DNA of 64,000 nucleotides from Dicyema japonicum. Taxonomy: Eukaryota; Animalia; Dicyemida. Position numbers and translations under genes: made by a program. Numbering within the stretch: the stretch's first letter is position 1; every line of letters starts with the position of its first letter. Below, piece by piece: positions 22,879 to 34,960 of this stretch. Where the stretch lies: assembly GCA_011109175.1 (NCBI GenBank), contig RDEW01000016.1:298049-362048 (forward strand), written 5' to 3'. The notes beneath the pieces were generated by a model, which did not search any database, was not told the DNA's origin, and saw only the letters and a program-made list of their open reading frames with translations.

Positions 22879-24912
22879 ATGCCTTCCTCGCCTCCTGTTC
22901 GCCAGCCTCCTCAGACAGGTTCTATTCTGATTGCTGAAACAACTCCGAGAGCGCCTTGTCCAATAAAAACCTCTCCCCATATGTCATCTCCGGGCTCTGC
23001 CTCCTATACTCAAGTGTCAGGCTCTCTATGGTCCGCTTTAATACAGTAGTCTGTAGATAGGCTTGGAGCTTCCTATCTACCCTAACTGCTTCAGATAACC
23101 ATTGTGTACTTTGTTGCAATTCTTTCCCACGTCATTACTTTTGGAATAACGAGGACCTTGCAACCAAGCATTTGCCCCATCTCGTTTGAAAGCAAGTCAT
23201 ACTTCCTTTTTTTCTCCACCTCCACAGTCTGCAAACGGTCTTGAGACGCAATGCCAACCTCTATGATATGGACTTGGCCAGACTTCCTTATCGTGTACCA
23301 CAATGTCCGGTTTATTGTGCTTGACTAGCAGCGAGGTACGGATAACACTGTCTACCTTAATTTGGACCCTGGTGTTCTCTACTACAGATTGCACTTTTGA
23401 GTCCGCAAATTTCTGGTGTGGCGAATACCATACTTATTGCATAGTAGATGAAGACTCCTTACTACCTCGTTATGCCTCACACACATAGTCGTGGCAGAGC
23501 ATGCATCCGCACAAAGTGGCTAAATGATTAACCAACATGCTCCTTGACTTACAATGGAGACATGTATTTGTTGATCGACACCAAAAAATATTGAGGTCTT
23601 GCATATGGAGTGCGGAAAAAAGGTCAAGCGGAAAAAAAGTCAAGTCGTCTTTTTTAGTTTATATCGTATTTTTATAGCATTAATAGCATCTTTTAATTTT
23701 TAACATTTTTTTCAACACTTGACTTTTTTTCCAATTATCTTACATTTTCTCTTTTAAATTTTCGAATTTTAGCGCAAAACGGAAAAAAGTCAAGTCCGCT
23801 AACGAAATCACGGACTTGACTTTTTTTCCGCTTTGGTATAATCTTTTTGACTAAAGCAATTTAAGAATTTCAAGGTAATAATAAAATTGACTTGACTTTT
23901 TTCGCTTTAGTTTAATCTTTTTGACCTTGACTTTTTTTGGTTTAACGATTGATAGACAAAAAAGGCTTTTAAATATATGTCTGGATCGCCAGGACGGAAA
24001 AAAAACAGTAGGAGAAGCCCTAAAAGCAATTGCATGGAAAATTAAATATTCTTTTGATTCACATTAAATAATCCCTTGATTCACGTTAAATAAAAATCAT
24101 ATGTGTAATTTCGTTAACGGACTTGACTTTTTTTCCGTTTTGCGCTAAATTTCGAAAATTTATAAGGAAAAAATTTTCAAAAATGGAAAAAAAGTCAAGT
24201 ATTGAAAAAAATTTTAAAAATTAAAAGATGCTAGTAGTATCACAAAAATGCGATATAAACTAAAAAAAGACAACTTGACTTTTTTTCCTACAACCCTTGC
24301 ATATACGTGTACAGCGCCTCCGATCGAGGTGAGTTGTCACTGTATTTTACCATATTGTCGACGACTTAAGGTCGACATGTTGGTTGTCCAATGCTCTGAA
24401 GAAGACCTTATGAAGGCTTTTAAGTTGATCTTTTCCATCAAATTATTATATTGTAATTCGATCAACGCCTTCACATTTACTAGCCCACCACCACCATCAT
24501 CAACACCATACAAAAAAGGTCTGATAGTGCCTAAGGTGAGTTGCCCGTGTTTTCTCGGTCGTTATTATGGCTGCTTCCTAGGAGACACACTTGACCCATC
24601 TATTGAGGTGTCGTGCATTCGCATTAGGATACGCTCACTTAGTTGACTACTCCACACAGTCTACGGCCGAATTTATCACGGGGTAAATATAGTCTCTCCT
24701 TATTGGCTGCCAACACATGGACATGGTTCTCTCTGAGTACTCCACGGATCATAACATCCATCTCATCATACTCTTTGGGTTCAAACTCCACAACACCTAT
24801 GTAGTAGTTTAGCAGCGAGACAGCATACTCATTAAATGCTAGGAACAAATTCCTTGCATTTAGAGACGTCTTACACAACAACTCTGCTCATTTACGGATG
24901 CCTTCAGTAATT
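22879..24912 (-). mobile_element. 5'-truncated R2/NeSL-like RLE retrotransposon, interrupted by a Mutator MITE
   Basis: Close copy of 31563-32910 (LCKTSLNARNLF, KHNKPDIVVHDK, IEVGIASQDRLQTVEVEKKRKYDLL) with frameshifts and a deletion. Confidence 0.9.
23607..24295. mobile_element. Non-autonomous Mutator (MULE) MITE with ~200-bp TIRs and 9-bp TSD CTTGCATAT
   Basis: TSD at 23598-23606 and 24296-24304; ends ggagtgcggaaaaaa / tttttttcctacaacc; internal aaaaaagtcaag subrepeats inverted; uninterrupted target seen at ~32284 in the sister LINE. Confidence 0.92.
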
Positions 24913-25029
24913 GTGTTTTTTATTAATAATTTCTTCCAATAAAATGTTTTCTGAAAAAATATTTTTTTCGTATTTTGAGCATTGACCTAGCAACTCTGGC
25001 GTCTCGCAGCTCTGGAATGTGACATTATT

Positions 25030-25435
25030 TAATCTATTTTAGTTAATTATTAATATACATTATTTGGTCATAGGTCATATTTGAAGAGGATTCGTGTGAT
25101 ATCAATTTATATCTTGAAAAAAGTACAAGTAATTGACATTAAAAGATGTTAAAAATTTGAAATTAGAGAGTTTTGTCTAGATTTTTTTAAAACTTATAGA
25201 AGCATCCTGGAACAACTATTTTGGTAGCAAATAAAATGCTTGAAAAGGATAGAAACTTTAATGATGAAAAATTTAAAAATTATTTGATGCTTTATTTCAA
25301 TAAATTTGATTAAAATTAGTTTAAAAACATTAACTTTACGAAATTAATAAGGTCATAATTAAGGTCATATTTAATTTTTTAGGTCTTAAAGTTATATTTT
25401 TAAGGTCATATTTCAATCATTTTTCAATCATTTGT
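25030..25435. repeat. AT-rich dispersed repeat with aaggtcatat subrepeats (likely DNA transposon end)
   Basis: Closely similar block at 34970-35110; short matches at 31465-31500 and ~20430-20450. Confidence 0.55.
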
Positions 25436-25454
25436 GGTGCTCTAACGATTATTA

Positions 25455-27190
25455 TTATTATTTAAGCCAAAGAAACACCGTCTTAACCAATAACTAATAT
25501 TCAGATACTCCCGGCATTTCACAATAATCGGGCCATTTTTTCTTGATGCTCCGACAGTGATCCCACGCATTTTCTACACGGACGGGGGGTCTTTTTTCTT
25601 TCCTCTTCTGAAATTGCCTCCAGTTGCCTCTATGATAGATCTCGAGTGCTCTGGGGGCAATTTCTTTATCTGTATATTTTTCCAGTAATTTTTTTGCTCT
25701 TGACTGGATCGCTTGAATTTTTATCAGGTTCGTTGCTGACAGGTTAGATCCCCATGCAGCACATGCATAGCCTATTGTTGGCTCGACATACTGCCTGTAG
25801 AGGGTCCCGATACCTGGGGGACAAATTCCTCCACAGCTCCAAAGGAAGGCCTTTACAAAATTGATCTTCTTTGCACAGGTTGATATGATAGATTCCAATG
25901 ATTACTTTAAAAATAATGTTCTTTTTGATTATTCATCAAGCTATATGGAAAACCTCTGTTTTGGGGAAACCTCTAATTGGGGCACGTAATGCCACTGTAT
26001 ATCCTTCCACACGTTCTCAGCTCCCGATGATAACATAGATACATTCAGTCCGTAATAAGAACTGAAGACCGCAACTAGACTGTATAACCTTTTTAAATTG
26101 AATTAATTTCTTGCTTACATATCAGCGTTTCTCAACCTTTTTTGGGGAGACTTAATTTTAATATTAAATTTATACTCCACTAAAGTTATTTAACTAAATT
26201 TCGGAGCGTCTTTTAGGCTATAATGAGGCCTTCTTGGCTGAATGCAACTTGCGATGACATCGGATCTGGCTGTAGTGGTTTCGAAAGTCAATTCTTGTCA
26301 AACAGATCTCACCCATGAGGCCACTGTTCCTTCTGGTACGACACATGATCTTTCTACTTTCTCGCTAACTAACTCCACAAATATTGTAAGGAGAATTGAA
26401 AATAATATTAATTAAATGACTAATCTACCTTCCATTGATAAATTACAAAAGCAACCTATTTTCCAACTTCTCAAACACAATATTCTAGGAGAAAAGTATA
26501 TAGTTACTGTTTAGTAATGAACGATATTTTTATTCCAAAATTTAAAAATTAATGAATTATCTAATGTTTAGTTCAATGTCAGTTTCATAATCACGATTAA
26601 TGATTAAGGAATATTCATTTCTTTTGAAATATTTATTTATCAGTCTAAAGATTACTACAATAAATACATTATTAATATAATTATAATCACTACAATAGAG
26701 AATACTACAGTAATAATAATTCCTTTAGGATAGACTGTTTCTTTGGACAGCGATATTGTTATTGAAATAGATGTTAGGGGAATAGATATTATTGGAGTTG
26801 ATTTGGAGTAGTCGTTAGAGTGGTCGTAGTTGCTGCTGTCGGAGTTGATTTCTGAGTTGTCCCTAGAGTTGTCGTAGTTGGTTGTGTCATAGTCGGTAGT
26901 GTCGTAGTTAGTGGTGTCGTAGTTGGTTTGTCATATTCAGTGGTGTCGTAGTTAGTGGTGTCGTAGTTGGTTGTGTTCATATTCAGTGGTGTCGTAGTTA
27001 GTGGTGTCGTAGTTGGTGGTGTCATATTCAGTGGTGTCGTAGTTAGTGGTGTCGTAGTTGTTGTGTCATATTCAGTTGTTGGTGTCGTAGTTGGTGTGTT
27101 CATATTCAGTGGTGTCGTAGTTAGTGGTGTCGTAGTTGGTTGTGTCATAGTCGGTGGTGTCGTAGTTGGTTGTGTCATAGTCGGTGGTGT
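25455..27190. repeat. Segmental duplication unit 1 (LINE 3' end + spacer + mucin-like gene)
   Basis: Near-identical to 28905-30670 over ~1.75 kb. Confidence 0.92.
25460..25900 (-). mobile_element. Ingi/Vingi-like LINE 3' fragment with (TAA)n tail (second copy 28910-29350)
   Basis: KKINFVKAFLWSCGG..TLYRQYVEPTIGYACAAWGSNLSATNLIKIQ; tail ggcttaaataataataa. Confidence 0.8.
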
Positions 27191-27257
27191 CGTAGTGGTG
27201 TTGGAGCTGTCGTTGGAGAGCGAGCAGTCAATGATACTGATTATATTAATAAAACAT
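26655..27257 (-). CDS. Thr/Pro-rich mucin-like membrane protein, copy 1 (two 1-nt homopolymer frameshifts)
   Basis: Corrected: MFINIISIIDCSLSNDSSNTTTTPPTMTQPTT..(repeats)..KSTPIISIPLTSISITISLSKETVYPKGIIITVVFSIVVIIIILIMYLL*; extra T after ATG (27251-27254) and one T missing near 26802 relative to copy 2. Confidence 0.65.
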
Positions 27258-28039
27258 TTTACATGATTGACATAAATATCCAGTTCGTTTAGACTTTATT
27301 TCTGGTGAACAAGAACATGGAGTCCATTTCCAAGAAAGTAGAACCAGTATATTTTGTACACAAATACAATTGTACCCAATTTAGAATAATAATTCGCTGA
27401 AATTACTATATTCCATTATATTTCCTAAAAGTAAAATTTATTGGTTACCGTCAAGAATCCAATTCTTATTTTCATATTTCCCAGCAACAAAAAGCATACA
27501 AGGACCTAAATCGTGTAAATTTTGTAACATATGCTGAATAAAGTTAAACACATCTTCAGAATAAATTTTTACCTAAATAACTAATTTAACATACCAATTC
27601 TCCTCCTTTATCAATACAACTATCCATAGCTTGATTATATGTCAAAGTTCCAAAGAAATAGTTATAACAAATTCCTCCTAATTCATTTTCACTACGTTCA
27701 TTAAAATTTTCAGGACACGTAGAAATAACTAAAATGATTATTAATATTTACCAGAGACAATCAATCCAAATATGACAATCATATGAATTAACCTATATTC
27801 TAATTATTTTATTATAAAAAGGGTCGACCATTATTAATTTATATTATAAAAATAAATAGATATTTCCTTGTGGTGACGTACATGCTTGTTTCTACTGTTG
27901 ACAAAGAAGCATTTTCATCGGACCTATCTACGAAAGATTTTGATAGAGAAATTAATTTTAACGTGACCAAGTGATCCATTGCTGTGTGGGACTTTAGAAA
28001 AAGGACTACCTCCTAATCTCTCTCAATCTACGAGAAAGA

Positions 28040-28895
28040 AGAGTCAGTGGGTTGAACGCATGCAAGGAAGACTTTTTAAGTTGAATAAACAGCTCAAGTA
28101 AATCTCGGTGCTTGTCGAACAGAAGGTAAATAAGAGGTTCGATGACGATAGGTTCGAGTTGATCGACAGTCTAAATATTTTTTGAGTAAGGATTTTTCTG
28201 GATATAGAATCGAAGGCTTTTTGTAGGTCGAGAGAGCATAAAACAGATTTTAGATGTGGTTTTACAGAAAAGCTTTCAATAATGATTTTTTTAATGAGAT
28301 GAGGTGTGTTGATGTAGACTGGTCTCTCCTGAAACCATGTTGGAGATGTGCAAGGGGAAGGGCAAGGTAAATGATGCGTAGAACGAGTTTTTCTAAGAGT
28401 TTCGAGGATAAGCATAATAGTGCAATGTGTCTGTACGAAGAGAAGTCGCTCTTCAGCCTTCCCGGCTTGAGAATTGGGCGTATGTTGGACTGTTTCCAAA
28501 TGTCTAGAATTTGTTCATGGTTTAATGAAAAGTTAAAGATGTTCCGGAGCGCTTCTATTCCGCTTAGGACAAGACGTTTAAGCAGAATAGCCGGATTCAA
28601 ATCAGGATCGCAGGAGAGGAAAGATTTTGAATTTTTGATTTCAGTCCAAATATCGGAATGTGATAAGCAATATAATGAAGAATACATTTTTGGCTTCGTG
28701 GTCGTAAAGGAGGGGATGGTTTTTAGGAATTTCTTGTGGCTGATTCCGACATAAAACTTCATAAGGTTGTTCTTAAACATTCGGTTGGCCTGTGTTGTTA
28801 GGTTTCGTATATGGTCCGAGCTTTTTAGTGGTCCCCTCACATGTATTGGGTAGATTTATGCTTGCAAAGACCTCTGATTCTGTTTTCCCATTCAT
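28040..28895 (-). mobile_element. I-group LINE reverse transcriptase fragment
   Basis: WKQSNIRPILKPG..SYRHIALLCLSSKLLEKL..QHGFRRDQST; SLDLQKAFDSI. Confidence 0.85.
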
Positions 28896-28904
28896 TCCTT
28901 TTTT

Positions 28905-30670
28905 TATTATTATTTAAGCCAAAGAAACACCGTCTTAACCAATAACTAATATTCAGATACTCCCGGCATTTCACAATAATCGGGCCATTTTTTCTCGATG
29001 CTCCGACAGTGATCCCACGCATTTTCTACACGGACGGGGGTCTTTTTTCCTTTCCTCTTCTGAAATTGCCTCCAGTTGCCTCTATGATAGACTCGAGTGC
29101 TCTGGGGGCAATTTCTTTATCTGTATATTTTTCAGTAATTTTTTTGCTCTTGACTGGATCTCTTGAATTTTTGTTAGGTTCGTTGCCGACAGGTTAGATC
29201 CCCATGCAGCACATGTATAGCCTATTGTTGGCTCGACATACTGCCTTGTAGAGGGTCCCGATACCTGGCGGACAAATTCCTCCACAGTTCCAAAGGAAGG
29301 CCTTTACAAAATTGATCTTCTTTGCACAGGTTGATATGATAGATTCACATGGGCTGAGGTTAATATGATAGATTCCAATGATTACTTTAAAAATAATGTT
29401 CTTTTTGATTATTCATCAAGCTATATGGAAAACCTCTGTTTTGGGGAAACCTCTAATTGGGGCACGTAATGCCACTGTATATCCTTCCACACGTTCTCAG
29501 CTCCCGATGATAACATAGATACATTCAGTCAGGAATAAGAACTGAAGACCGCAACTAGACTTTATAACATTTTTAATTTGAATTAATTTCTTGCTTACAT
29601 ATCAGCGTTTCTCAACCTTTTTTGGGGAGACTTAATTTTAATATTAAATTTATACTCCACTAAAGTTATTTAACTAAATTTCGGAGCGTCTTTTAGGCTA
29701 TAATGAGGCCTTCTTGGGTGAATGCAACTTGCGATGACATCGGATCTGGCTGTAGTGGTTTCGAAGGTCAATTCTTGTCAAACAGATCTCACCCATGAGG
29801 CCACTGTTCCTTCTGGTACTACACAGGATCTTCCTATTTTCTCGCTAATTAACTCCAAAAACATTGTGAGGAGAATTGAGAATAATATTAATTATATAAC
29901 TAATCTACCTTCCATTGATAAATTATAAAGGCAACCTATTTTCCAACTTATCAAACACAATATTCTAGGAGAAAAGTATATAGTTAATGTTTAGTAATGA
30001 ACGATATTTTTATTCCAAAATCCAAAAATTAATGAATTATCTAATGTTTAGTTCAATGTCAGTTTCATAATCACGATTAATGATTAAAGAATATTCATTT
30101 CTTTTGAAATATTTATTTATCAGTCTAAAGATTACTACAATAAATACATTATTAATATAATTATAATCACTACAATAGAGAATACTACAGTAATAATAAT
30201 TCCTTTAGGATAGACTGTTTCTTTGGTCAGCGATATTGTTATTGAAGTAGATGTTAGGGGAATAGATATTATTGGAGTTGATTTTGGAGTAGTTGTTAGA
30301 GTGGTCGTAGTTGCTGCTGTCGGAGTTGATTTCTGAGTTGTCCCTAGAGTTGTCGTAGTTGGTTGTGTCATAGTCGGTGGTGTCGTAGTTGGTTGTGTCA
30401 TATTTGTGGGTGTCGTAGTTGATGGTGTCATAGTTAGTGGTGTCGTAGTTAGTTGTGTCATAGTCGGTGGTGTCGTAGTTAGTGGTGTCGTAGTTGGTGG
30501 TGTCGTAGTTGGTTGTGTCATATTCAGTGGTGTCGTAGTTGGTTGTGTCATATTCAGTGGTGTCGTAGTTGGTTGTGTCATATTCAGTGGTGTCGTAGTT
30601 GGTTGTGTCATATTCAGTAGTGTCGTAGTTGGTTGTGTCATATTCAGTGGTGTCGTAGTTGGTTGTGTCA
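28905..30670. repeat. Segmental duplication unit 2
   Basis: Copy of 25455-27190 with a different repeat-array composition and an extra ~29 bp at 29347-29375. Confidence 0.92.
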
Positions 30671-30833
30671 TGTTGTAACGAGGGATACAATGTGCCAATG
30701 TGGATATCGAAAGTCGAAGAAGGGTGAATTGGGAAGAATAATTAGTTGCATTCAAGATGAGATAAAGATAGTGGAAAAAACTCAGAGTATATGGATCCCG
30801 GAAGGAATTCAGGAAACAAAATTGGTGTTTCAA
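30135..30833 (-). CDS. Thr/Pro-rich mucin-like protein with C-terminal TM helix, copy 2 (5' end uncertain; first ATG at 30671)
   Basis: (MTQPTTTPLN)n repeats then IIITVVFSIVVIIIILIMYLL*; frame open to a TTG at 30833, no signal peptide equivalent to copy 1. Confidence 0.7.
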   Translation of the reverse strand: MKHQFCFLNSFRDPYTLSFFHYLYLILNATNYSSQFTLLRLSISTLAHCIPRYNMTQPTTTPLNMTQPTTTLLNMTQPTTTPLNMTQPTTTPLNMTQPTTTPLNMTQPTTTPPTTTPLTTTPPTMTQLTTTPLTMTPSTTTPTNMTQPTTTPPTMTQPTTTTLGTTQKSTPTAATTTTLTTTPKSTPIISIPLTSTSITISLTKETVYPKGIIITVVFSIVVIIIILIMYLL

Positions 30834-31092
30834 CTCAATCGGAGGCTTTCTTTACAGAAAGTTAAATGGAGAAACCAGGGATGCCATATTCTGTTTTAAT
30901 GAAAGTGAATGTCGCGCTTTATGTAGGTTACACCAATTTTAGGCGCTACACTTTGACCTTGGATTTTTTGGATATTGACATCTAAAGTCAATATGCCACA
31001 ATTAATTCACTATTTATTCATAAATAGAATTATCCACGTTATAAAAATGCATATTAAAAGTATTATCAGGACTAGCCAAGAGTACACTGATT

Positions 31093-31480
31093 TTGTTTCT
31101 TATCTACAAGATCATCAACCATTATTTTAATCGAATGCAAAAATTTCGGTTTATTAAGAAAACCAATTTTTTCTTGTTGGAATATTCTAAACTCTTTACA
31201 AATGATGAGGCTCATAAACGTGTTATTGCTCAGGACGATATTCAAACTATGAAGATAGAATGCATGAAACAGCATTTGACCACTCATTATGGAATCAATA
31301 AACTGAAGGAATTTTGCGACAATTATTATTTCACCATCAAAAGATCCATTATACGTGATGTATGTTCCGAATGCACAGCATGTGCACGAAGGCAACCTTT
31401 ACAAGCTCAAATTCCTATAATTCACATTAAAGCAAAGTTTCCTCGAACAAGATTGGTGGATTTAAGTCGAAAGGATAGAA
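31093..31480 (+). mobile_element. Integrase zinc-binding (HHCC) fragment, Ginger/KRBA2-like DNA transposon
   Basis: HLTTHYGINKL..YYFTIKRSIIRDVCSECTACARRQP..IKAKFPRTRLVDL; truncated before the DDE core. Confidence 0.75.
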
Positions 31481-31562
31481 ACTTTAATGATGAAAATGTT
31501 AAATATAATATATATTTAATTTAACAAACAATAAAAAAGTTAATATATTTAATAATCAACAA

Positions 31563-34500
31563 CCTTCCTCGCCTGCCTGTTCGCCAGCCTCCTCAGGCAG
31601 GTTCGATTCTGGTTGCTGAAACAACTCCGAGAGCGCTTGTCCAATTTAACCCTCTGCCCATATGGCATCTCAGGGCTCTGCCTCCTATACTCCAGTGTCA
31701 GGCTTTCAAGGGTCCGCTTTAACACAGTGGACTGTAGATAGGCCTGGAGCTTCCTATCTACCCCCAACTGCTTCAGATAACCCTTGTGGTACTTTGTTGC
31801 AATTCCTTCCCACGTCATTACTATAGGAATAACGAAGACCTTGCAACCAAGCATCTGCCCCATCTCGTTTGCAAGAAAGTCATACTTCCTTTTTTTCTCC
31901 ACCTCCAGAGTCTGCAAACGGTCTTGAGACGTGATGCCAACCTATATGATAAGGACTTGGCCAGACTCCTTATCGTGTACTACAATGTCCGGTTTATTGT
32001 GCTTGACTAGCACCGAGGTACGGATAACACTGTCTACCTTAATTTGGACCCTGGTGTTCTCTACTACAGATTGCACCTTATGAGTCCGCAACTTTCTGGT
32101 GTGGCGAATACCATACTTATTGCATAGTAGAAGATGAAGACTCCTTACTACCTCGTTGTGCCTCCACACATAGTCGTGGCAGAGCATGGATCCACATCGA
32201 GTGGCTAAATGATCAACCGACATGCTCCTTGACTTACAGTGGGGACATGTATTTGTTGATCGACCCCAAAAAATATTGCGGTCTTGCATATACGTGTACA
32301 ACGCCTCCGATCGAGGTGAGTTGTCACCGTATTTTAGCCATATTGTCGACGACTTAAGGTCGACATGTGGGTTGTCCAATGCTCTGAAGAGGACCTTATG
32401 AAGGCTTTTTAAGTTGATCTTTTCCATCAAATTATTATATTGTAATTCGATCAACGCCTTCACATTTACTAGCCCACCATCATCAACACCATACTTAGCA
32501 GACAAAAAAGGTCTGATAGTGCCTAGGTGGGTTGCCCGTGTTTTCTCGGTCGTTATTATGGCGTGCTTCCTAGCAGACACACTTGACCCAGCTATCAGGG
32601 TGTCGTGCATTCGCATTAGGATACGCTCACTTAGTTGGACTACTCCACACAGTCCACGGCCGAATTTATCACGGGGTAAATATAGTCTCTCCTTATTGGC
32701 TGCCAACACATGGACATGGTTCTCTCTGAGTACTCCACGGATCATAACATCCATCTCATCATACTCTTTGGGCTCAAACTCCACAACACCTATGTAGTAG
32801 TTTAGCAGCGAGACAGCATACTCATTTAATGCTAGGAACAAATTCCTTGCATTTAGAGACGTCTTACACAATAACGCTGCTCTTTTACGGATGCCTTCAG
32901 TAATTCGTCGCTTTGTCGCAGGCATTTTAAGGGACTTTGGAGATTCGGTAACACCCAGATACTTATATCCTTCGTGTTCCTCTAGGACTCTTACTAACTC
33001 GCTACATACTTGCGTGTTATTCGCAGACTTTGAATAATTCAAATCTAGTCCTATACTCTTAAAGAATTCACTGGCACAGACCCCCATGGAGTAGAGCTCC
33101 TCGGCTGTTCGAGCATACATCTTCAGTCATCGATAAAGAGAAGGTGATTTGTACTGAAACAACCCCCTCACAATGAACTGGTATTTGCTCAAACCGGTCA
33201 TTGAGGCGGCGACTCAATGGCTCCAAACAGAGAACAAAGAGCAGCGGAGACATGCTATCCCCTGAAGGATTCCCCTCTTGAGTTTTGCCTATTATTATAG
33301 TTCAGATGAATACTCCACCTATTCATCACAGCCATTACAAAGCTGATGAACCACACAGCCATACACAGACTGTGTAGGCACTCGACAAGGTAAGAATGAT
33401 CAACTGAATCGTAAGCCTACTTTACATCCACCCACATAGACAAAAGTGAGTTTCCGTGAGACACATAAAGGCATTTTTTAATCAAAGCCTGCTCTTTTTC
33501 CCCCTGACAATTTCGCACAGTACCCAACTGATTCTCAGAGAGAATCCCATTTGTCTCTACAAATCTCCTGACCTCATTAGCCACCAATTTGGTCATCAGT
33601 TTATACAGGGTTGGCATGCAGGTTATCGGTCGATAATCTGCAGCAGACTGGGGGTTGTCCAGCTTTGGGATCAAATAAGTTGTCCCTGTGCATGCCCAAT
33701 CAGGAATCGTTTCCGGGTTAGTGATGCTTTTCTGTAATACACGACACATAGACTCGTGCAATGAAGTGCATCTTTTGATAAAGAAATTATAAACTTTATC
33801 GACCCCGGTCGTTTTCCAATCAGGGAGATGTCTCACAACCGCCTCAAATTTCTTGCGAAAATCGAAAATTCCGCCAAGAAAGGAGCAGCGCTGTACGGGA
33901 CATTCCACGCATTTCCTCTGCGTGGTTTAGCCTCCCACGTACTACCCCATGTGGAAAGCATTTCCGCGTCCTGCTGGGAACATACACTATGGCCAATTTC
34001 GTGTAGGCGACGGTAAAACAATCTGCGATTGAACTCAAACAGATTATTTTCTCTCCTTCTCTTCGCCGACTTTCATGTGTATAGAGTTTCCTCTTATACA
34101 CCATTATTGCCCTTTCTAACTCCACCTTTGCACTCCTCAACTCTTTGAGGTCCCATTTGGGAACACGGAGTTTACTAATTAACCCCTTTACTATAGGCGG
34201 TGCTTTTCCTCTAACACCTCTCGCCACACTACTTATGTGCCCCTCCAGTTCTTCCAGCTCAGTCTGTCTCCAAGCAATCTTGGCACAGATCTGCTCCCTC
34301 CATTTACTGGGTGGTCTGGGCTTGTAAGTCAACTCTTCATAGGTGATCTGTGCTGCATACAGCACTAGGGAGATGTCACCCAGTGACCCTACTGGCTTAG
34401 CCTCCACTGCATAAGCCACAGCCTTATTGATACAGGTTAACACTACTTTGTTAACCATACAATGAAGGATCTTGCGGGTAAATCTACGGTCTTCAAGTGG

Positions 34501-34960
34501 ACATCTGCCGCTGCAGCGAGATTCCGCGCGAAGACCTCATAAACATGCTTGAACTGCAACGTATCACAGCTCTGGTGCTCGTGCTCTCTTTGACAGTTGT
34601 GGTCATCTGGTCTCCGCCCCTTTAGACCAGTACCCTATTTGCCTACAGCCATTTTCTTGAGTTCACTCACAGATATAGCAGTACTGAATCTGCCACTGCA
34701 GAGCTCCGCCAAGTATAGCCAACCATTCCAGGGCATTCGAGATAGCCTGCTACGTACCTGCAGGACTACCTGCCTCGCCCATTCTTTTGGGTCATCTGCC
34801 ACAACGCTCTTGGATATGGCAAGAATTACATTCATACCATCAGGTAACGCAAGTGACCCTTCTCCTTTTTTCCTTTCAACATTTTTGCCAACTCGAGAGT
34901 TTTTTAACGCCACCGAATCGAAAGCACGTTGCATGTTTTTATTTAAAATGTTAAATATTA
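31563..34960 (-). mobile_element. Near full-length R2/NeSL-like RLE non-LTR retrotransposon (~3.4 kb, frameshifted)
   Basis: RT motifs (WKTTGVDKVYNFFIK, YRPITCMPTLYK, SPLLFVL, YKYLGVTE), CCHC (CPHCKSRSMSVDHLATRC), RHNEVV, PD..D, EVEKKRKYDFLANE. Confidence 0.95.

Noticed and set aside
26967-27266. Val/Gly-rich ORFs on + strand (also 30406-30678)
   Set aside because: Antisense shadows of the mucin repeat, which lacks stops on that strand
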